A stretch of 64,000 nucleotides of DNA from Candidatus Krakonobacterium acarorum. GTDB lineage: Bacteria > Bacteroidota > Bacteroidia > SolTP2. The position numbers and the translations under genes are program-made. Of the stretch, positions 22,811-32,736 are shown piece by piece. The stretch covers positions 8,408 through 72,407 of the forward strand of contig JBNOKO010000001.1 in assembly GCA_050311575.1 (NCBI GenBank). Reading direction: 5' to 3'. The notes under the pieces were generated by a model that worked only from the letters and a program-made list of their open reading frames with translations, was not told where the DNA came from and made no database searches. Each line of letters begins with the position of its first letter. The stretch's first letter is position 1.

Positions 22811-23509
22811 CTAATGCAAAAAAGTAAGCTGAATATTTGTTTTATAGTCACTTTGTATTATATCTAAAGTGCCACCTAAAGCATACATTATTTTTTTACA
22901 GAATTCTAAGTTATAAATTTTAATATTTTTATTAAAATTTTTTAGCTCTATAGCCAATTTTTTTTCTTTATTGTTTAAATATCCATGAATTTTAGCCTCT
23001 TCAGGATTATTGTCAAAGAAACTATCTAATATAGATGTTATAATTTTATTAAGCCATAGTAAATTACATTTAAATTCAAAACTAATATCCCTATCCCATA
23101 TTATTTTCGCTTTTTGAGTATCACTATATTTATCTAATATCTTTGAAAGAACCTGATAAAGCTGCCTTGTTGAACATAGCGAATTATCTACTTTTGGAAA
23201 TCTATATGAAGCTTCAATATCTTTAGAAAAAGCATCTAAAATAGCTTCTATGGCATACGCTGTATTATGTATTCTATCAGACAAGTCTTTTATTAGTTGT
23301 ACATTTGTAGCTCTAGGATCATCTGTAACTATAGGATTATTAGATTTAGCAATATTATTTAGGCTATAGCTTATGCCTGTTAAAACCATTAAAGGTGACG
23401 ATATATCGTGCCTTAAACCATTAAACAATATCCTAAGTTCATTTAAAGAAATATCTTTAATTTTTTGATTATAGATATTATTTTTATTTGTTTTATCGTC
23501 ATTTTGCAC
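22811..23509 (-). CDS. Small cytoplasmic histidine-kinase-like protein (HisKA-like H-box, degenerate ATPase region; no sensor or TM domain)
   Basis: H-box-like LRHDISSPL, N-box-like LLWLNKIITSILDSFFDN, G2-like ALGGTLDI; G1 box (DxGxG) not recognisable; 232 aa. Confidence 0.4.
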   Translation of the reverse strand: MQNDDKTNKNNIYNQKIKDISLNELRILFNGLRHDISSPLMVLTGISYSLNNIAKSNNPIVTDDPRATNVQLIKDLSDRIHNTAYAIEAILDAFSKDIEASYRFPKVDNSLCSTRQLYQVLSKILDKYSDTQKAKIIWDRDISFEFKCNLLWLNKIITSILDSFFDNNPEEAKIHGYLNNKEKKLAIELKNFNKNIKIYNLEFCKKIMYALGGTLDIIQSDYKTNIQLTFLH

Positions 23510-23548
23510 TTCCTTAATACATTATAATGCTTATATGATCATCAGTAT

Positions 23549-24289
23549 TTAGTTTATATTAGATTTCATATAGTCTCTGTTTAAACGAGCTATACTTTCT
23601 AAGTCGATAAGTTTGGGACACTCATATGCACAGGCTCCAGTATTAGTGCATCCACCAAAACCTTCTTCTTCTGCTCTTTCGATCATAGATTTCACTCTTA
23701 TATATCTTTCAGGTTGCCCTTGAGGGAGCAAAGAGTATTGAGAAACTTTAGCTGCAATAAATAACATAGCAGATGCATTTTTGCATACCGCAACACATGC
23801 GCCACATCCTATGCAAGAAGCCATATCTAAAGCTTTGTCTGCATTTTGTTTAGGTACAAGTATATTGTTAGCATCTTGAGCATTACCCGTGTTTATTGAA
23901 ACAAAGCCACCAGCAGCCATGATTCTGTCAAACGAACTTCTATCTACAACTAAATCTTTAATAACTGTAAAGGCAGTTGCTCTCCAAGGCTCTACTGTAA
24001 TAGTATCACCATCTTTAAAGGATCGCATGTGTAATTGACAAGTAGTTATCCCTCGCTTAGGTCCATGTGGTCTACCGTTTATAACCATAGAACACATGCC
24101 ACATATGCCTTCTCTACAGTCATGATCAAAGGCTATAGGCTCTTGCCCACTTTCAATTAACTGGTTATTCAGGACGTCGAACATTTCTAGAAATGACATA
24201 TTTTCTGAAACGCCTGCAACTTTATAATCTAAGAATTTACCTTTATCATCCTTATTTTTTTGTCGCCATACTCTAAGAGTGATATCCAT
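23549..24289 (-). CDS. sdhB: Succinate dehydrogenase/fumarate reductase iron-sulfur subunit
   Basis: 2Fe-2S motif [10 protein letters not shown] plus two Cys clusters ([23 protein letters not shown]). Confidence 0.9.
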   Translation of the reverse strand: MDITLRVWRQKNKDDKGKFLDYKVAGVSENMSFLEMFDVLNNQLIESGQEPIAFDHDCREGICGMCSMVINGRPHGPKRGITTCQLHMRSFKDGDTITVEPWRATAFTVIKDLVVDRSSFDRIMAAGGFVSINTGNAQDANNILVPKQNADKALDMASCIGCGACVAVCKNASAMLFIAAKVSQYSLLPQGQPERYIRVKSMIERAEEEGFGGCTNTGACAYECPKLIDLESIARLNRDYMKSNIN

Positions 24290-24312
24290 ATTGTATTTAA
24301 TATTTAATAGAG

Positions 24313-26310
24313 TTATTTATAAGACCTTTGAGCAATTTTTATGTTTTCATACACTAGTTCTTCTTTATGAAGGATTGGAGCACTAGAACCATCATACTGC
24401 CAAGATGCAACGTAAGAAAAGTTCTCGTCATCTCTACGTGCTTCTCCGTCTTCAGTTTGGTATTCTTCTCTAAAATGACCTCCACATGACTCTTTTCTAT
24501 TTAGAGCATCCAGGCACATTAGTTCTCCTAATTCTAGAAAATCGGCAACTCTGCCAGCTTTCTCTAGTTCCGGATTTAACTCACCTGCAGTACCTAACAC
24601 TCTAACATCCTTCCAGAAAGATTCACGTACCTGCCTTATCTCATCGATAGCATCTTTAAGAGATTGTTCATTACGGGCCATACCACATTTATCCCACATT
24701 ACTTTACCTAGCATTTTATGAAAATGATCTACTGATTTTGTGCCTTGAATAGATAATATTTTATTGATACGATCACGAACCTGATTTTCAGCTGCAACGA
24801 AAGCTTCATCATTTATGCTTGCTGGTTTTTCTCGAATCTCTTTAGAAAGGTAATTACCTATCGTGTATGGTATAACGAAATATCCATCTGCCAAGCCTTG
24901 CATAAGTGCAGATGCACCTAACCTATTTGCACCATGGTCTGAAAAATTTGCTTCTCCTAATGCGTATAGGCCTTCAATAGTTGTCATTAAATTATAATCG
25001 ACCCATAGACCGCCCATAGTGTAGTGTACAGCAGGATATATACGCATCGGTACTTTGTATGGATCTTCGCCTGTAATTTGCTCGTACATATCAAACAAAT
25101 TTCCATATTTATTTTTTATTACATTTTGACCTAATCTTAGAATCTCAGGATCAGATAGTTCGTGCATATTTAACCTATTGGCTTCTATTTTCCCATACCT
25201 CATAGCGCTATCTACAAAGTCCAGATATACTGAATGCTTAGCTTCACCTACACCATATCCAGCATCGCACCTTTCTTTGGCTGCTCTGGAAGCCACATCT
25301 CTGGGAACTAGATTGCCAAAAGCAGGATACCTGCGCTCTAAATAGTAGTCTCTATCAATTTCAGGAATATCGCCAGGATGTCTGGTGTCATTTTTCTTTT
25401 TAGGAACCCATACCCTGCCATCGTTTCTCAAAGATTCAGACATTAATGTAAGTTTGGATTGATGGTCTCCGGATACCGGGATACATGTTGGATGTATTTG
25501 TGTAAAACAAGGGTTAGCAAAAAATGCTCCTTTTTTATAAGCTTTCCAAGTCGCAGTCACATTGCTGCCCATAGCGTTTGTAGACAAGTAAAAGACATTA
25601 CCATACCCTCCGCTACATAATAAGACTGCACTTGCAGAATGTCTTTCTAATTGTCCTGTTATTAAATTTCTTGCAATTATTCCTTTTGCTTTACCATCTA
25701 TGACAACAAGATCAAGCATTTCATGCCTTGGAAACATTTCTATTAACCCTAAGCCAACTTGCTTTTGCAAGGCACTATAAGCCCCAAGCAATAATTGTTG
25801 ACCTGTAACGCCTGCTGCATAAAATGTTCGTTGTACTTGTGTACCGCCAAATGATCTATTAGCTAACAATCCGCCGTATTCTCTTGCAAAAGGGACTCCT
25901 TGTGCTACGCACTGATCTATTATAGCATTGCTAATTTCAGCTAATCTATACACATTAGACTCTCTTGATCTATAATCTCCACCTTTTATAGTGTCATAGA
26001 ATAGTCTATAAACACTATCTCCATCATTTGGATAATTTTTAGCTGCATTTATTCCACCTTGTGCTGCAACTGAGTGGGCACGCCTAGCTGAATCTTGATA
26101 ACAAAAAACCTTTACTTTATACCCCAATTCGGATAAAGAAGCGGCAGCAGATGAACCAGCTAAACCTGAACCTATAACTATCACTTCTAAATGTCGTTTA
26201 TTTGAAGGATTAACTAATGGCACTTCAGATTTATATTTGGTCCATTTTTCTTTTAAAGGACCTGGGGGTATATGTGAATTTAAAGTCATTTTTAAATATT
26301 GAAAGTTCAA
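24313..26310 (-). CDS. sdhA: Succinate dehydrogenase/fumarate reductase flavoprotein subunit
   Basis: 665 aa; FAD-binding [12 protein letters not shown], active-site region HYTMGG. Confidence 0.95.
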   Translation of the reverse strand: MNFQYLKMTLNSHIPPGPLKEKWTKYKSEVPLVNPSNKRHLEVIVIGSGLAGSSAAASLSELGYKVKVFCYQDSARRAHSVAAQGGINAAKNYPNDGDSVYRLFYDTIKGGDYRSRESNVYRLAEISNAIIDQCVAQGVPFAREYGGLLANRSFGGTQVQRTFYAAGVTGQQLLLGAYSALQKQVGLGLIEMFPRHEMLDLVVIDGKAKGIIARNLITGQLERHSASAVLLCSGGYGNVFYLSTNAMGSNVTATWKAYKKGAFFANPCFTQIHPTCIPVSGDHQSKLTLMSESLRNDGRVWVPKKKNDTRHPGDIPEIDRDYYLERRYPAFGNLVPRDVASRAAKERCDAGYGVGEAKHSVYLDFVDSAMRYGKIEANRLNMHELSDPEILRLGQNVIKNKYGNLFDMYEQITGEDPYKVPMRIYPAVHYTMGGLWVDYNLMTTIEGLYALGEANFSDHGANRLGASALMQGLADGYFVIPYTIGNYLSKEIREKPASINDEAFVAAENQVRDRINKILSIQGTKSVDHFHKMLGKVMWDKCGMARNEQSLKDAIDEIRQVRESFWKDVRVLGTAGELNPELEKAGRVADFLELGELMCLDALNRKESCGGHFREEYQTEDGEARRDDENFSYVASWQYDGSSAPILHKEELVYENIKIAQRSYK

Positions 26311-26332
26311 CTAACTAATAACTAAATTATAT

Positions 26333-27034
26333 CTACTTCATAGATACAAAAAAGTAAACGTATATAGGCATACTTGCATATAATAATGGTATAAATATAG
26401 CATATACATAGCCAACCGCTTTTATTATAGGTACATATTTAGCTCGACCTACGCCTAAAGATTGAAAAGCACTACTAAAACCATGTAGCAAGTGATAAGA
26501 CAAAGATATACATGCTAAAACATATATTAATACTATATATGGATTGCTGAATACTATTTGCATTTCAGCCCATAAGTCATGTAGCCCGGGAACAGTAGTT
26601 GATGGTAAATGGTTAGGAAACCCAAACTTTGTTTTTGTCCAAAAATTTAATAAGTGAATTATTAAAAAGATTAGTATTAGAGTACCTAACAAGCCCATTG
26701 ATCGAGAATACCACTTAGAAGCTTTTGTATCTGTCTTGGCATAAGAAACTCTTCTAGATTTTTTGTTTTCGATAGTTAATACTAACGATTGGATTATGTG
26801 AACAATAAACCCTAAAAACAGAACTATTTCTATTATTCGCATCAACGGATTACTGGACATAAAATGCGCAGCGTTATTAAAAACCGTACCACTAGAATCT
26901 ACAAATATTAGAGCATTTATGGAGGCATGAACTACTAAGAAAACTATTAAAAATAGACCCGTTATACCCATCACATATTTTCTTGCTACTGTAGATGTAA
27001 TAAACTTTAAAAATTCGTTTTTATTTGCGTACAT
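26333..27034 (-). CDS. sdhC: Succinate dehydrogenase/fumarate reductase cytochrome b subunit (Bacteroidetes-type single membrane anchor)
   Basis: 233 aa, 5 predicted TM helices with conserved His; position upstream of sdhA-sdhB. Confidence 0.7.
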   Translation of the reverse strand: MYANKNEFLKFITSTVARKYVMGITGLFLIVFLVVHASINALIFVDSSGTVFNNAAHFMSSNPLMRIIEIVLFLGFIVHIIQSLVLTIENKKSRRVSYAKTDTKASKWYSRSMGLLGTLILIFLIIHLLNFWTKTKFGFPNHLPSTTVPGLHDLWAEMQIVFSNPYIVLIYVLACISLSYHLLHGFSSAFQSLGVGRAKYVPIIKAVGYVYAIFIPLLYASMPIYVYFFVSMK

Positions 27035-27307
27035 AATTTAGACAAAAGGTGGTTATATAGTTACGTCTTAGATAATAGGTTAATAACTTAGTTTTGAAGT
27101 AAAATTACTAAAACAGTTTATTTAAACAAATAATATTATTTTGAGCTAAGGTTATATTATATGTTTTGGATCTACCAACTAAGCTTAAATAAACACATTA
27201 TTTAGGATATTATTCTCAAAAATTTATAAAATTTGCAATTTTGATTACTTTTAGTAACATTTTATAACAAAAAAAGACAGATAAAGAATAATATATTGTG
27301 TATATTT

Positions 27308-27363
27308 ACTGCTTGATTTATAATCAAGCAGTACCATATTATAAATTTATGATATGGTACTGC
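27308..27363. repeat. Two overlapping perfect palindromes (ACTGCTTGATT-tat-AATCAAGCAGT and GCAGTACCATAT-n12-ATATGGTACTGC) in the sdhC / porP-like divergent intergenic region
   Basis: Read directly; 11-bp and 12-bp exact inverted arms sharing GCAGT; about 110 bp upstream of the PorP/SprF start; candidate operator or RNA structure. Confidence 0.4.
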
Positions 27364-27475
27364 AAAAATTTATAATATTATATAAACAATAAAAGTGTGA
27401 GTAATAATCGTAAAATCTAAATGATTTAAGGTTTTATAAGCACGTATTAAAATTTATTATTAAAGTTATTTTAAT

Positions 27476-28501
27476 ATGTTTAGAATTAAAAAAGCGTCTT
27501 CATTAATTATTTACTGTATAGTTATTTTATTTGCTAATGTTAAAGTCAATGCTCAACAAGATATTTTGACAACTCAGCATATATTTAATAAATATTATAT
27601 AAACCCGGCTCACGCAGGTGAAAATATAAGTTTACAAGGATCAGGGTTTTTTAGATCGCCTTGGACGGGGGTCAAAAATGCTCCCACAACTTACTTAATA
27701 TCAATTGATAGTAGCATACCAGGCTCTCCCAAAGCGGGGATTGGGGTAATAGGAGGCGTTCAAAGTGCAGGTCCATTTAATACCATCTTAGGGTACGCAG
27801 ATTTTGCATATAGTATAACATTGACTGAGAATTCAAATTTAAAATTGGGAACAGGTCTTGGAATCTCCAATTATAGCTATAATGGTAATAAGGTTGATTC
27901 GGGGCCAATACATGATCCTGCTGCGCCAAATACTAAAATTTCTATGATGATACCAGATGTTAGAATCGGTATAGTTTATGAGGCTAAAGATAAATTATCT
28001 TTCGGTTTATCTGCAGATAATATTATATCGCCTTTTATGAATTATGGAAAAGACCCAAAAATAATTTTGCCTAAGAAACACACAAATATATATACTTATG
28101 GAACATATATATTTAGCCCTTGGAGTAATGTTAAACTAGCTCCAACTATTATGGTTAGCAAACGTTTAGACAATACCCCTGTATGGTTAGAAGGTATACT
28201 TAAAGGAAGCTTTAATAATTTAGTATCTGCCGGGATAGCATATAGGACATACTTACAAACTGGAGAATCGCAATATTCGAGTACAAATTCTGTTTCAGCT
28301 CTTGCCGAGGTTTTAGCAATTAAAAATATTGTTATAGGTTATACATTTGATTTCGGTATAGGAGATACTAATTTAAATAAAGGTACACACGAGTTATTTA
28401 TACAATATAAGTTCAATTGGCCTAATAAAATAGTATCTGAAACTATAGATAATGAAAATAGTAGTAGTACTACTAGTAAAAATGATGATAGTAAAGAATA
28501 A
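27476..28501 (+). CDS. Type IX secretion system membrane protein, PorP/SprF family
   Basis: Signal peptide then AQQDILTTQHIFNKYYINPAHAGE…RSPWTGVKNAPTTY, the hallmark PorP/SprF N-terminal motif (QQDPQFSQY…NPAYAG…RxQW). Confidence 0.8.
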   Translation: MFRIKKASSLIIYCIVILFANVKVNAQQDILTTQHIFNKYYINPAHAGENISLQGSGFFRSPWTGVKNAPTTYLISIDSSIPGSPKAGIGVIGGVQSAGPFNTILGYADFAYSITLTENSNLKLGTGLGISNYSYNGNKVDSGPIHDPAAPNTKISMMIPDVRIGIVYEAKDKLSFGLSADNIISPFMNYGKDPKIILPKKHTNIYTYGTYIFSPWSNVKLAPTIMVSKRLDNTPVWLEGILKGSFNNLVSAGIAYRTYLQTGESQYSSTNSVSALAEVLAIKNIVIGYTFDFGIGDTNLNKGTHELFIQYKFNWPNKIVSETIDNENSSSTTSKNDDSKE

Positions 28502-28590
28502 TTGTATACTAGCACATGACTAGCTAAACACAATATTTATTATTTTTATAAGTTATTATTAATTATTAATATACATACTATTTTTAGAGT

Positions 28591-29382
28591 ATGGCTGCAG
28601 ATAAACCTGATAAAATTATTGTCAATAAAAATTATATATGCACCAATAGCTACACAGCCAGAATCGTTGAAATTTTCTTAGAATTACAAAGAAACCAATT
28701 TGTAAAAAACATTACTGAATTTTGTAAAATTATTAGGTATAATACTTCTTCATGGACTTTAATGTCAAAAGGGGAACGTAGTTTCCCTAAAAAAAGAAGT
28801 ATAGAAAGTGTAATGATTTCAAGGTTTAATATTAACCCTGAATTTTTAGAAAACGGTAAGCTCCCTATTTTCAATAACCCTTATCAACCTCTAGGATCTT
28901 ATGCAAGATATAATTTTAACGATGACAATGATGGCCATACTCAACTAAATGATAGTGAAGAAAATTATACTTATAATCATAGGTATTTACCATTCATATC
29001 TATATTAGAGCAATCTAATATATCACACCAATTATTAAGTGTAAATTCCATAGGTAATTCCTATGATTTTTATAGTAATGTAGATAGAAACAGCTATTTA
29101 TATGAGGTAAGCAGTGATAACATGATGCCTAAATTGAAATATGGTGATATTATCTTAATAGATTTAATAGATAAAGTTTCTTGGTATAATTTAAAAGCCG
29201 GCAACGAAATATATATATTATTGTATGATAATAAGTTTATAATAAAACGGATAAAATCAAATAAGCTAAAAACGGATAAAATTATAACTGTAGAGGACAA
29301 TCTAAATAACCAGATTAATATTACAATAGATAATCTACAGGAAATATGGCAGGCTAAATCCATTATATACTCCAAATTATAA
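28591..29382 (+). CDS. XRE-family HTH + S24 (LexA/CI-like) peptidase-fold protein, putative repressor
   Basis: N-terminal HTH (ITEFCKIIRYNTSSWTLMSKGERS…FLENGK); C-terminal VSSDNMMPKLKYGDIILID…IIKRIK resembling GDSMxP…GD…KRL of S24; 10 bp upstream of recO. Confidence 0.55.
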   Translation: MAADKPDKIIVNKNYICTNSYTARIVEIFLELQRNQFVKNITEFCKIIRYNTSSWTLMSKGERSFPKKRSIESVMISRFNINPEFLENGKLPIFNNPYQPLGSYARYNFNDDNDGHTQLNDSEENYTYNHRYLPFISILEQSNISHQLLSVNSIGNSYDFYSNVDRNSYLYEVSSDNMMPKLKYGDIILIDLIDKVSWYNLKAGNEIYILLYDNKFIIKRIKSNKLKTDKIITVEDNLNNQINITIDNLQEIWQAKSIIYSKL

Positions 29383-29391
29383 TTACCTGAA

Positions 29392-30126
29392 ATGCTATAT
29401 AGTACTAAAGGCATTGTTCTTAGAAAATACAACTATGGAAACTCTAGCATTATAGCTGAAATATATACAGATAAATACGGTAAGCAAAAATATATAGTTA
29501 AAGGCATAGGTAGTAAATATAACAAAATATCTATATCTAATTTTAAACCTCTCAATGTAGTTGATATAATTGCAAATAGTAATAAATTACATTTTAATCA
29601 TTATATCAAAGAAATTAAAAGCCATGAAGGCAATATTGCGAGTTGTTTTATAAAACTTAATATAGCATTTTTTATTAGCGAGCTGTTAGATAAATCCTTG
29701 GCTTATAAAATTGTAGATTCTGATTTGTTCAATTACACTATAAATTCTATAGAAGAACTCAGTTTATATAAAAATTCAACAGATATAGCTAATTTTCACT
29801 TATTTTTTATTATCAACCTAAGTAAATATTTAGGATTTTATCCGATAGAAAATTGGCAAGATATTAATACGCAAGAAATATACTTTGATATGCATAAAGC
29901 AAAATTTGCTGAAGAGAAGCCAAAAAGCGATTTTATGGATATAGAAACTAGTAAATTATTTATTCTCTTTCTAACAAGTAGTAACCAGTTAGTCAAAAAT
30001 AAAATAAACACCACTAGAGAAATAAAAAGAAATCTAACAAAGGACCTGTTAAGATATTACAGCATTCATAATGGAATAAGCTCGGAAATAAAGTCTTATA
30101 GTGTAATAGAAACTTTATTTAATTAA
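29392..30126 (+). CDS. recO: DNA repair protein RecO
   Basis: N-terminal OB-fold pattern M..TKGIVLRKYNYGNSSIIAEIYT..G…KG; 244 aa typical of Bacteroidota RecO. Confidence 0.7.
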   Translation: MLYSTKGIVLRKYNYGNSSIIAEIYTDKYGKQKYIVKGIGSKYNKISISNFKPLNVVDIIANSNKLHFNHYIKEIKSHEGNIASCFIKLNIAFFISELLDKSLAYKIVDSDLFNYTINSIEELSLYKNSTDIANFHLFFIINLSKYLGFYPIENWQDINTQEIYFDMHKAKFAEEKPKSDFMDIETSKLFILFLTSSNQLVKNKINTTREIKRNLTKDLLRYYSIHNGISSEIKSYSVIETLFN

Positions 30127-30138
30127 TATCATTAAAAG

Positions 30139-30801
30139 CTACCGTTTCTTTAATTTAGTACGTTTTACAGCCTCTTCCAAACGCCATTCATTAATTTTTT
30201 TTTCATTACCACTTAACAAAATTTCCGGCACTTTTAGACCTCTAAAGTTAGCTGGGCGAGTATATATAGGCTCATGTAAGAGTCCGCACTGAAAAGAATC
30301 TTTTAAAGCTGATTCTTCATCAGATAATACACCTGGTAATAAACGAACTACAGAATCTATTAATACAGCAGCAGGTAGCTCTCCGCCGGTTAATACATAA
30401 TCTCCTATCGACACTTCTTTAGTTATAAAATTCTGTACCAATCTTTCATCTACCCCTTTGTAATGTCCACATAGAAGCATTATATTTTTTTTTAGTGATA
30501 GCTGATTGGATATATTTTGGTTTAATCTAAGCCCATCTGCCGACAATAAGATTATCTCATCATAGGAGACTTTTACCTTTAAAGATTCAATACAATTAAC
30601 AAAAGGTTCTATTTGCATAACCATGCCCGAGCCACCACCATATGGGTAATCATCAACCTTTTTATGCTTATTAGTAGTATAATCTCTAAGGTTATGTACA
30701 TTGATATTTACTAAATTCTTATCACGAGCTCGTTTGATGATGGAATATCCTAATACGTCTTCAATTAGGTTAGGAAATATACTTATAACATCTATTTGCA
30801 C
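30139..30801 (-). CDS. trmD: tRNA (guanine37-N1)-methyltransferase
   Basis: MQIDVISIFP…YPYGGGSGMVMQIEP…LLCGHYKGVDERL… SPOUT/TrmD signature. Confidence 0.95.
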   Translation of the reverse strand: MQIDVISIFPNLIEDVLGYSIIKRARDKNLVNINVHNLRDYTTNKHKKVDDYPYGGGSGMVMQIEPFVNCIESLKVKVSYDEIILLSADGLRLNQNISNQLSLKKNIMLLCGHYKGVDERLVQNFITKEVSIGDYVLTGGELPAAVLIDSVVRLLPGVLSDEESALKDSFQCGLLHEPIYTRPANFRGLKVPEILLSGNEKKINEWRLEEAVKRTKLKKR

Positions 30802-30834
30802 TTTTATAAATAGTATTAAGTAATTTTTAGATAT

Positions 30835-31491
30835 TTATTTAAGGGGCAACAAAGGTATCTTGTCTCTTTCATTATTTATAATAGTATTATGTCTACGCTC
30901 GTTAGCGGCATTCTCCCATATATCTTTAATTAAAGGCATTGATTTTATTAAACTATCTATTCCTATATTGATTCCGGTTTCTGGAACTTTATAGATTTGC
31001 TCTTTAGCTATAGATATTTTTAGTGGGTATATGTGGTCATTAGGTATTTTCTCATTTACAAATGCACGTTCAAAATTATGCTTTGTAAGCCCCCATACTA
31101 TTACATTTTTCAACATATTAATATTAGGGTCTAAAAATATTTTAAGAAAAATTTTATCAGTTAGACTTGATTCTTTATCTATAAAAAATGCTCGACTTTT
31201 ATACCCAAATGAAGCTACGACTGTGGTGTCGCTTTTATATAATGAAATTATAAATATCCCTTTTGCATCGGCTATAGCCTTACGGTTAGTGTCTTTGACA
31301 AATATATATGCAAATGGTATAGGCTTATTACTTTTTGCGTCTATAACTTCTCCTATAACTTGTACCAAATCGTCTTTATTGTTTTGTGCTATGATATGCT
31401 TTAAACAACTACAATAAACAATAATTATACAAATAGCATATTTAATCGATTGCAAAATATATAAGAATAGCAATATTAAAAATAAAATCAA
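30835..31491 (-). CDS. Hypothetical secreted/membrane protein with carboxypeptidase-regulatory-like (CarbopepD_reg) β-sandwich region
   Basis: N-terminal hydrophobic segment; VIGEVIDAKSNKPIPFAYIFVKDTNRKAIADAKGIFII resembles the CarbopepD_reg_2 pattern; inserted between rimM and trmD. Confidence 0.35.
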   Translation of the reverse strand: MILFLILLFLYILQSIKYAICIIIVYCSCLKHIIAQNNKDDLVQVIGEVIDAKSNKPIPFAYIFVKDTNRKAIADAKGIFIISLYKSDTTVVASFGYKSRAFFIDKESSLTDKIFLKIFLDPNINMLKNVIVWGLTKHNFERAFVNEKIPNDHIYPLKISIAKEQIYKVPETGINIGIDSLIKSMPLIKDIWENAANERRHNTIINNERDKIPLLPLK

Positions 31492-31497
31492 TAAATA

Positions 31498-32025
31498 TTA
31501 AATCTCTAACAGCCCTTCCGGGAGGGCCATTATGATATTTTTTTTATTATGATCAATCTTAACTATAAGATCTGGTACTAAAGGTATTAAAATATTTTTT
31601 CCGTTGTACGATAAAGATGCTAAATTTTGCTGTGGGTATCTAAGAATCGACTCAACAACCCCAATAACACCTATATTATTATCGATAATAGAGAAACCAT
31701 CAAGCTTAAGTAAATTATCTTCAGAAATAAATTTATCTAATAAATTAATACTAGCAAACAATTCTTTTCCAACTATATTAGTAATACTCTCCCTATTATT
31801 TATACCTTCAATTTTAATATATACTGAGCCTAAATTATTACTGCAAAATGTTTCTATAAAATACGGAACCATAAGACCCTCATCTTTAAAGAAAAAAGTT
31901 TTTGATTCCTCTAAATATATAGCGTATTGTCCACTATAAATATTTACTTTTACTTCTCCCTTTAAGCCTTTAGGTTTTGATATTTCACCTATAGGACGAT
32001 ATATATCATCTATATTTTCGCCCAT
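31498..32025 (-). CDS. rimM: 16S rRNA processing protein RimM
   Basis: IGEISKPKGLKGEVKV N-terminal β-barrel motif plus PRC-barrel C-terminus; between rpsP and trmD. Confidence 0.85.
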   Translation of the reverse strand: MGENIDDIYRPIGEISKPKGLKGEVKVNIYSGQYAIYLEESKTFFFKDEGLMVPYFIETFCSNNLGSVYIKIEGINNRESITNIVGKELFASINLLDKFISEDNLLKLDGFSIIDNNIGVIGVVESILRYPQQNLASLSYNGKNILIPLVPDLIVKIDHNKKNIIMALPEGLLEI

Positions 32026-32074
32026 ATTATTTGATTACGAAATATATTTAATTTATATATTTAAAAATATAAAA

Positions 32075-32596
32075 TTATTCCGATTTTTGCTCGTTAGCTT
32101 CTGCATTTGCCTCTTTAGCCATCTTTAATAGCTCTTCATCTTTTGCTTTTTCTTTTGCCATTATTGCTTCTGCACGCTTATCTTTTTTAGCAATTTCTTT
32201 AGTCATTAACTCATTGCGGACTTCTTTTGCTTTTGCAATTATACCTTCTCTTTGTTTACGAATTTTTTCCTCATGTTGTTTTTTCCAATCAAGAAATTTT
32301 TCTTCCACCTGCTCGGGAGTTATTGCACCTTTCTTGCACCCTACAAGCAAATGTTTTTTATAGAGCACTCCAGTTTTTCTTAAAATAGACTGTGCTGCTA
32401 TAGTAGGCTGAGCGCCATTCTCAATCCATGACAAAGCTTTATCTACATTAATATTCATAATAGATGGAGATTGCCTCCTATCATTAAATCCTATCTGTTC
32501 TATCGCTCTTCCATCCCGTGGAGAGCGAGAATCTATAACCTCTAATCTGAAAACACCTCTAGATTTCAGGGGCCTTAATCTAATTTTAACAGACAT
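32075..32596 (-). CDS. rpsP: 30S ribosomal protein S16 with long Lys/Glu/Ala-rich C-terminal extension
   Basis: MSVKIRLRPLKS…DSRSPRDGRAIEQIG core (~85 aa) followed by ~85 aa of KEA-rich low-complexity tail. Confidence 0.9.
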   Translation of the reverse strand: MSVKIRLRPLKSRGVFRLEVIDSRSPRDGRAIEQIGFNDRRQSPSIMNINVDKALSWIENGAQPTIAAQSILRKTGVLYKKHLLVGCKKGAITPEQVEEKFLDWKKQHEEKIRKQREGIIAKAKEVRNELMTKEIAKKDKRAEAIMAKEKAKDEELLKMAKEANAEANEQKSE

Positions 32597-32736
32597 TTGA
32601 AATTTTTATAAATTTATTTTATAATATGTTAGTGTAAAAAATAATATAATTAGTAAAATATTATTTCAGGAAAGCACAAAGTTACTAAAAAACAAGCTAT
32701 TTGCCTAGATATTTTAAAGTATAAAACCTAAAACAA

